NCBI GenBank assembly: GCA_024704765.1
Contig: JAKMXF010000314.1
Location: forward strand, 109,377 to 173,376
Length of the DNA: 64,000 bases
Origin: Oopsacas minuta
Taxonomy: Eukaryota; Animalia; Porifera
Direction: 5' to 3'
Part shown: piece by piece, positions 62,901 through 64,000 of the stretch
Numbering within the stretch: the first letter of the stretch is position 1
Layout: each line of letters begins with the position of its first letter
Notes under the pieces: generated by a model
Seen by the model: the letters and a program-made list of their open reading frames with translations, nothing else
Databases searched by the model: none
What the model was told of the DNA's origin: nothing
Made by a program: the position numbers and the translations under genes

Positions 62901-64000
62901 TAGGGATCACTTATATGTCAGCGGCCTACATTGTCGGCTAGCCGACAAATAAGGAATTATGATCAACATATAAGGATTTAACCGACAAATAAGGAATTAT
63001 GGCCGACATATAAGGATAAGGACTATATAAGGATTTATAAGGAACATATAATCATTATTATAAGGAATGTTATATTGCTACACTAGAGAAAGGATCTACA
63101 TATATGTGCATATCTCTAATGACAATTATTACACTGTGACAAAATGCCAAATTTTCATTTGTTTTTATCTATATTCCTTTTCTTCGTCCTAACATCGTTA
63201 ATCTCCGTTTCCTTTTATTAGAAGGGCGCCCTTTGGATCGAACACGTCTAGGATTCAGGATTGTTGGGATACTTGGAATAATTGCTCCACTTTCCTGTGG
63301 TATAGGTCTTAGCAATTGGTCCATTTCGGCTAATTTACCTCTCAAAAGCGAAAAAGGTCAAATGATGCAAGATGAGCAATGTTTTTAAATTCTGTTGTTA
63401 GCATGTCATACCTTTCGTGTTTCGTTAGGATAGGATTATTTTGATCATTTTCGTGTAATTCTATTACATTCTGACTACCAATACAGCTGTAGATATTAGA
63501 ATTGTAATCTGCTTAATTCTCTATCGATTATGAGACGATACATTAATAGTTGAAAGAACACAAGAACACAACGTTAATAATTTGGCAAGTCATTACGTAA
63601 TTCTGATATAACCGAGTGCGGTTGCAATAATATCTGTGCAGTTTTCGAATTACTACATACCTTCCAGAAATCAACTATAGCTTCGTCATGTATATTCGTT
63701 ATTTTCTTGTGATGATAATCAATAAGCATGTGACGACATGGTAAGCCCCATGATGATGGGAATAAGCATGTGCAAGATGTCAACGTTGTCTTACGGCTGG
63801 ACTTAGTAAAAACCTTCGATAACCCGAGGTCCATAGATGTTAATTTCTCCTTGTTGGTACCTCCCGACAATCCTTCTCTTTCAACTAGAATAAAGACAAA
63901 ATACGTATTTGAAATAGCATAAATTACACAAGTCAACAAAATTCAACTTCATTTTCTCATCAAGTATTAGATTGATATTTTCTAAGCTAGTTTTTACGCT
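62901..64000 (-). mobile_element. 3' part of a second MULE-type element (SWIM finger, GRP motif, tandem-repeat terminus); continues past the window end
   Basis: SCTCLFPSSWGLPCRHM (SWIM) in ORF 63574-63939; NPRRVRSKGRPSNKRKRR near 63200-63250; terminal array of CCGACA(A/T)ATAAGG units at 62901-63075. Confidence 0.7.

Noticed and set aside
62940-63070. CRISPR-like array
   Set aside because: The units are adjacent and degenerate, with no unique spacers or cas genes, in a eukaryotic transposon-end context.

Overview
AT-rich eukaryotic genomic DNA, probably from an invertebrate. There are no prokaryotic features. The window is almost entirely one host gene on the minus strand, a CYB5D1 (cytochrome b5 domain-containing protein 1, motile-cilia/radial-spoke) orthologue. 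Three short coding exons were found: 60217-60349, 20955-21031 and 8811-9029. They splice in frame through introns of about 39.2 kb and 11.9 kb, and the last exon lies beyond the left edge of the window. The introns are packed with often nested DNA transposons: many hAT elements (Ac/BED, DUF4371/TTF and Buster types) and their MITEs, Tc1/mariner including a DD37D maT copy, pogo-like MITEs, a THAP/P-element relic, two MULEs (one with a C-terminal RING finger), a KRBA2/Ginger2-like integrase element and short Helitron-like elements. One Chapaev transposon looks fully intact, with a 4-bp TSD, ~150-bp TIRs and an uninterrupted 676-codon ORF. The most unexpected signal is a ~210-bp dispersed repeat present twice in opposite orientations (572-780 on +, 6226-6440 on -) that ends in a type III hammerhead ribozyme. 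The plus copy has a perfect core and a loop1-loop2 GGC/GCC complementarity, and it lies ~190 nt downstream of an intronless USP/peptidase-C19-like ORF. The minus copy is sense to CYB5D1 intron 3. All calls come from manual reading and motif recognition; no searches or folding were run.
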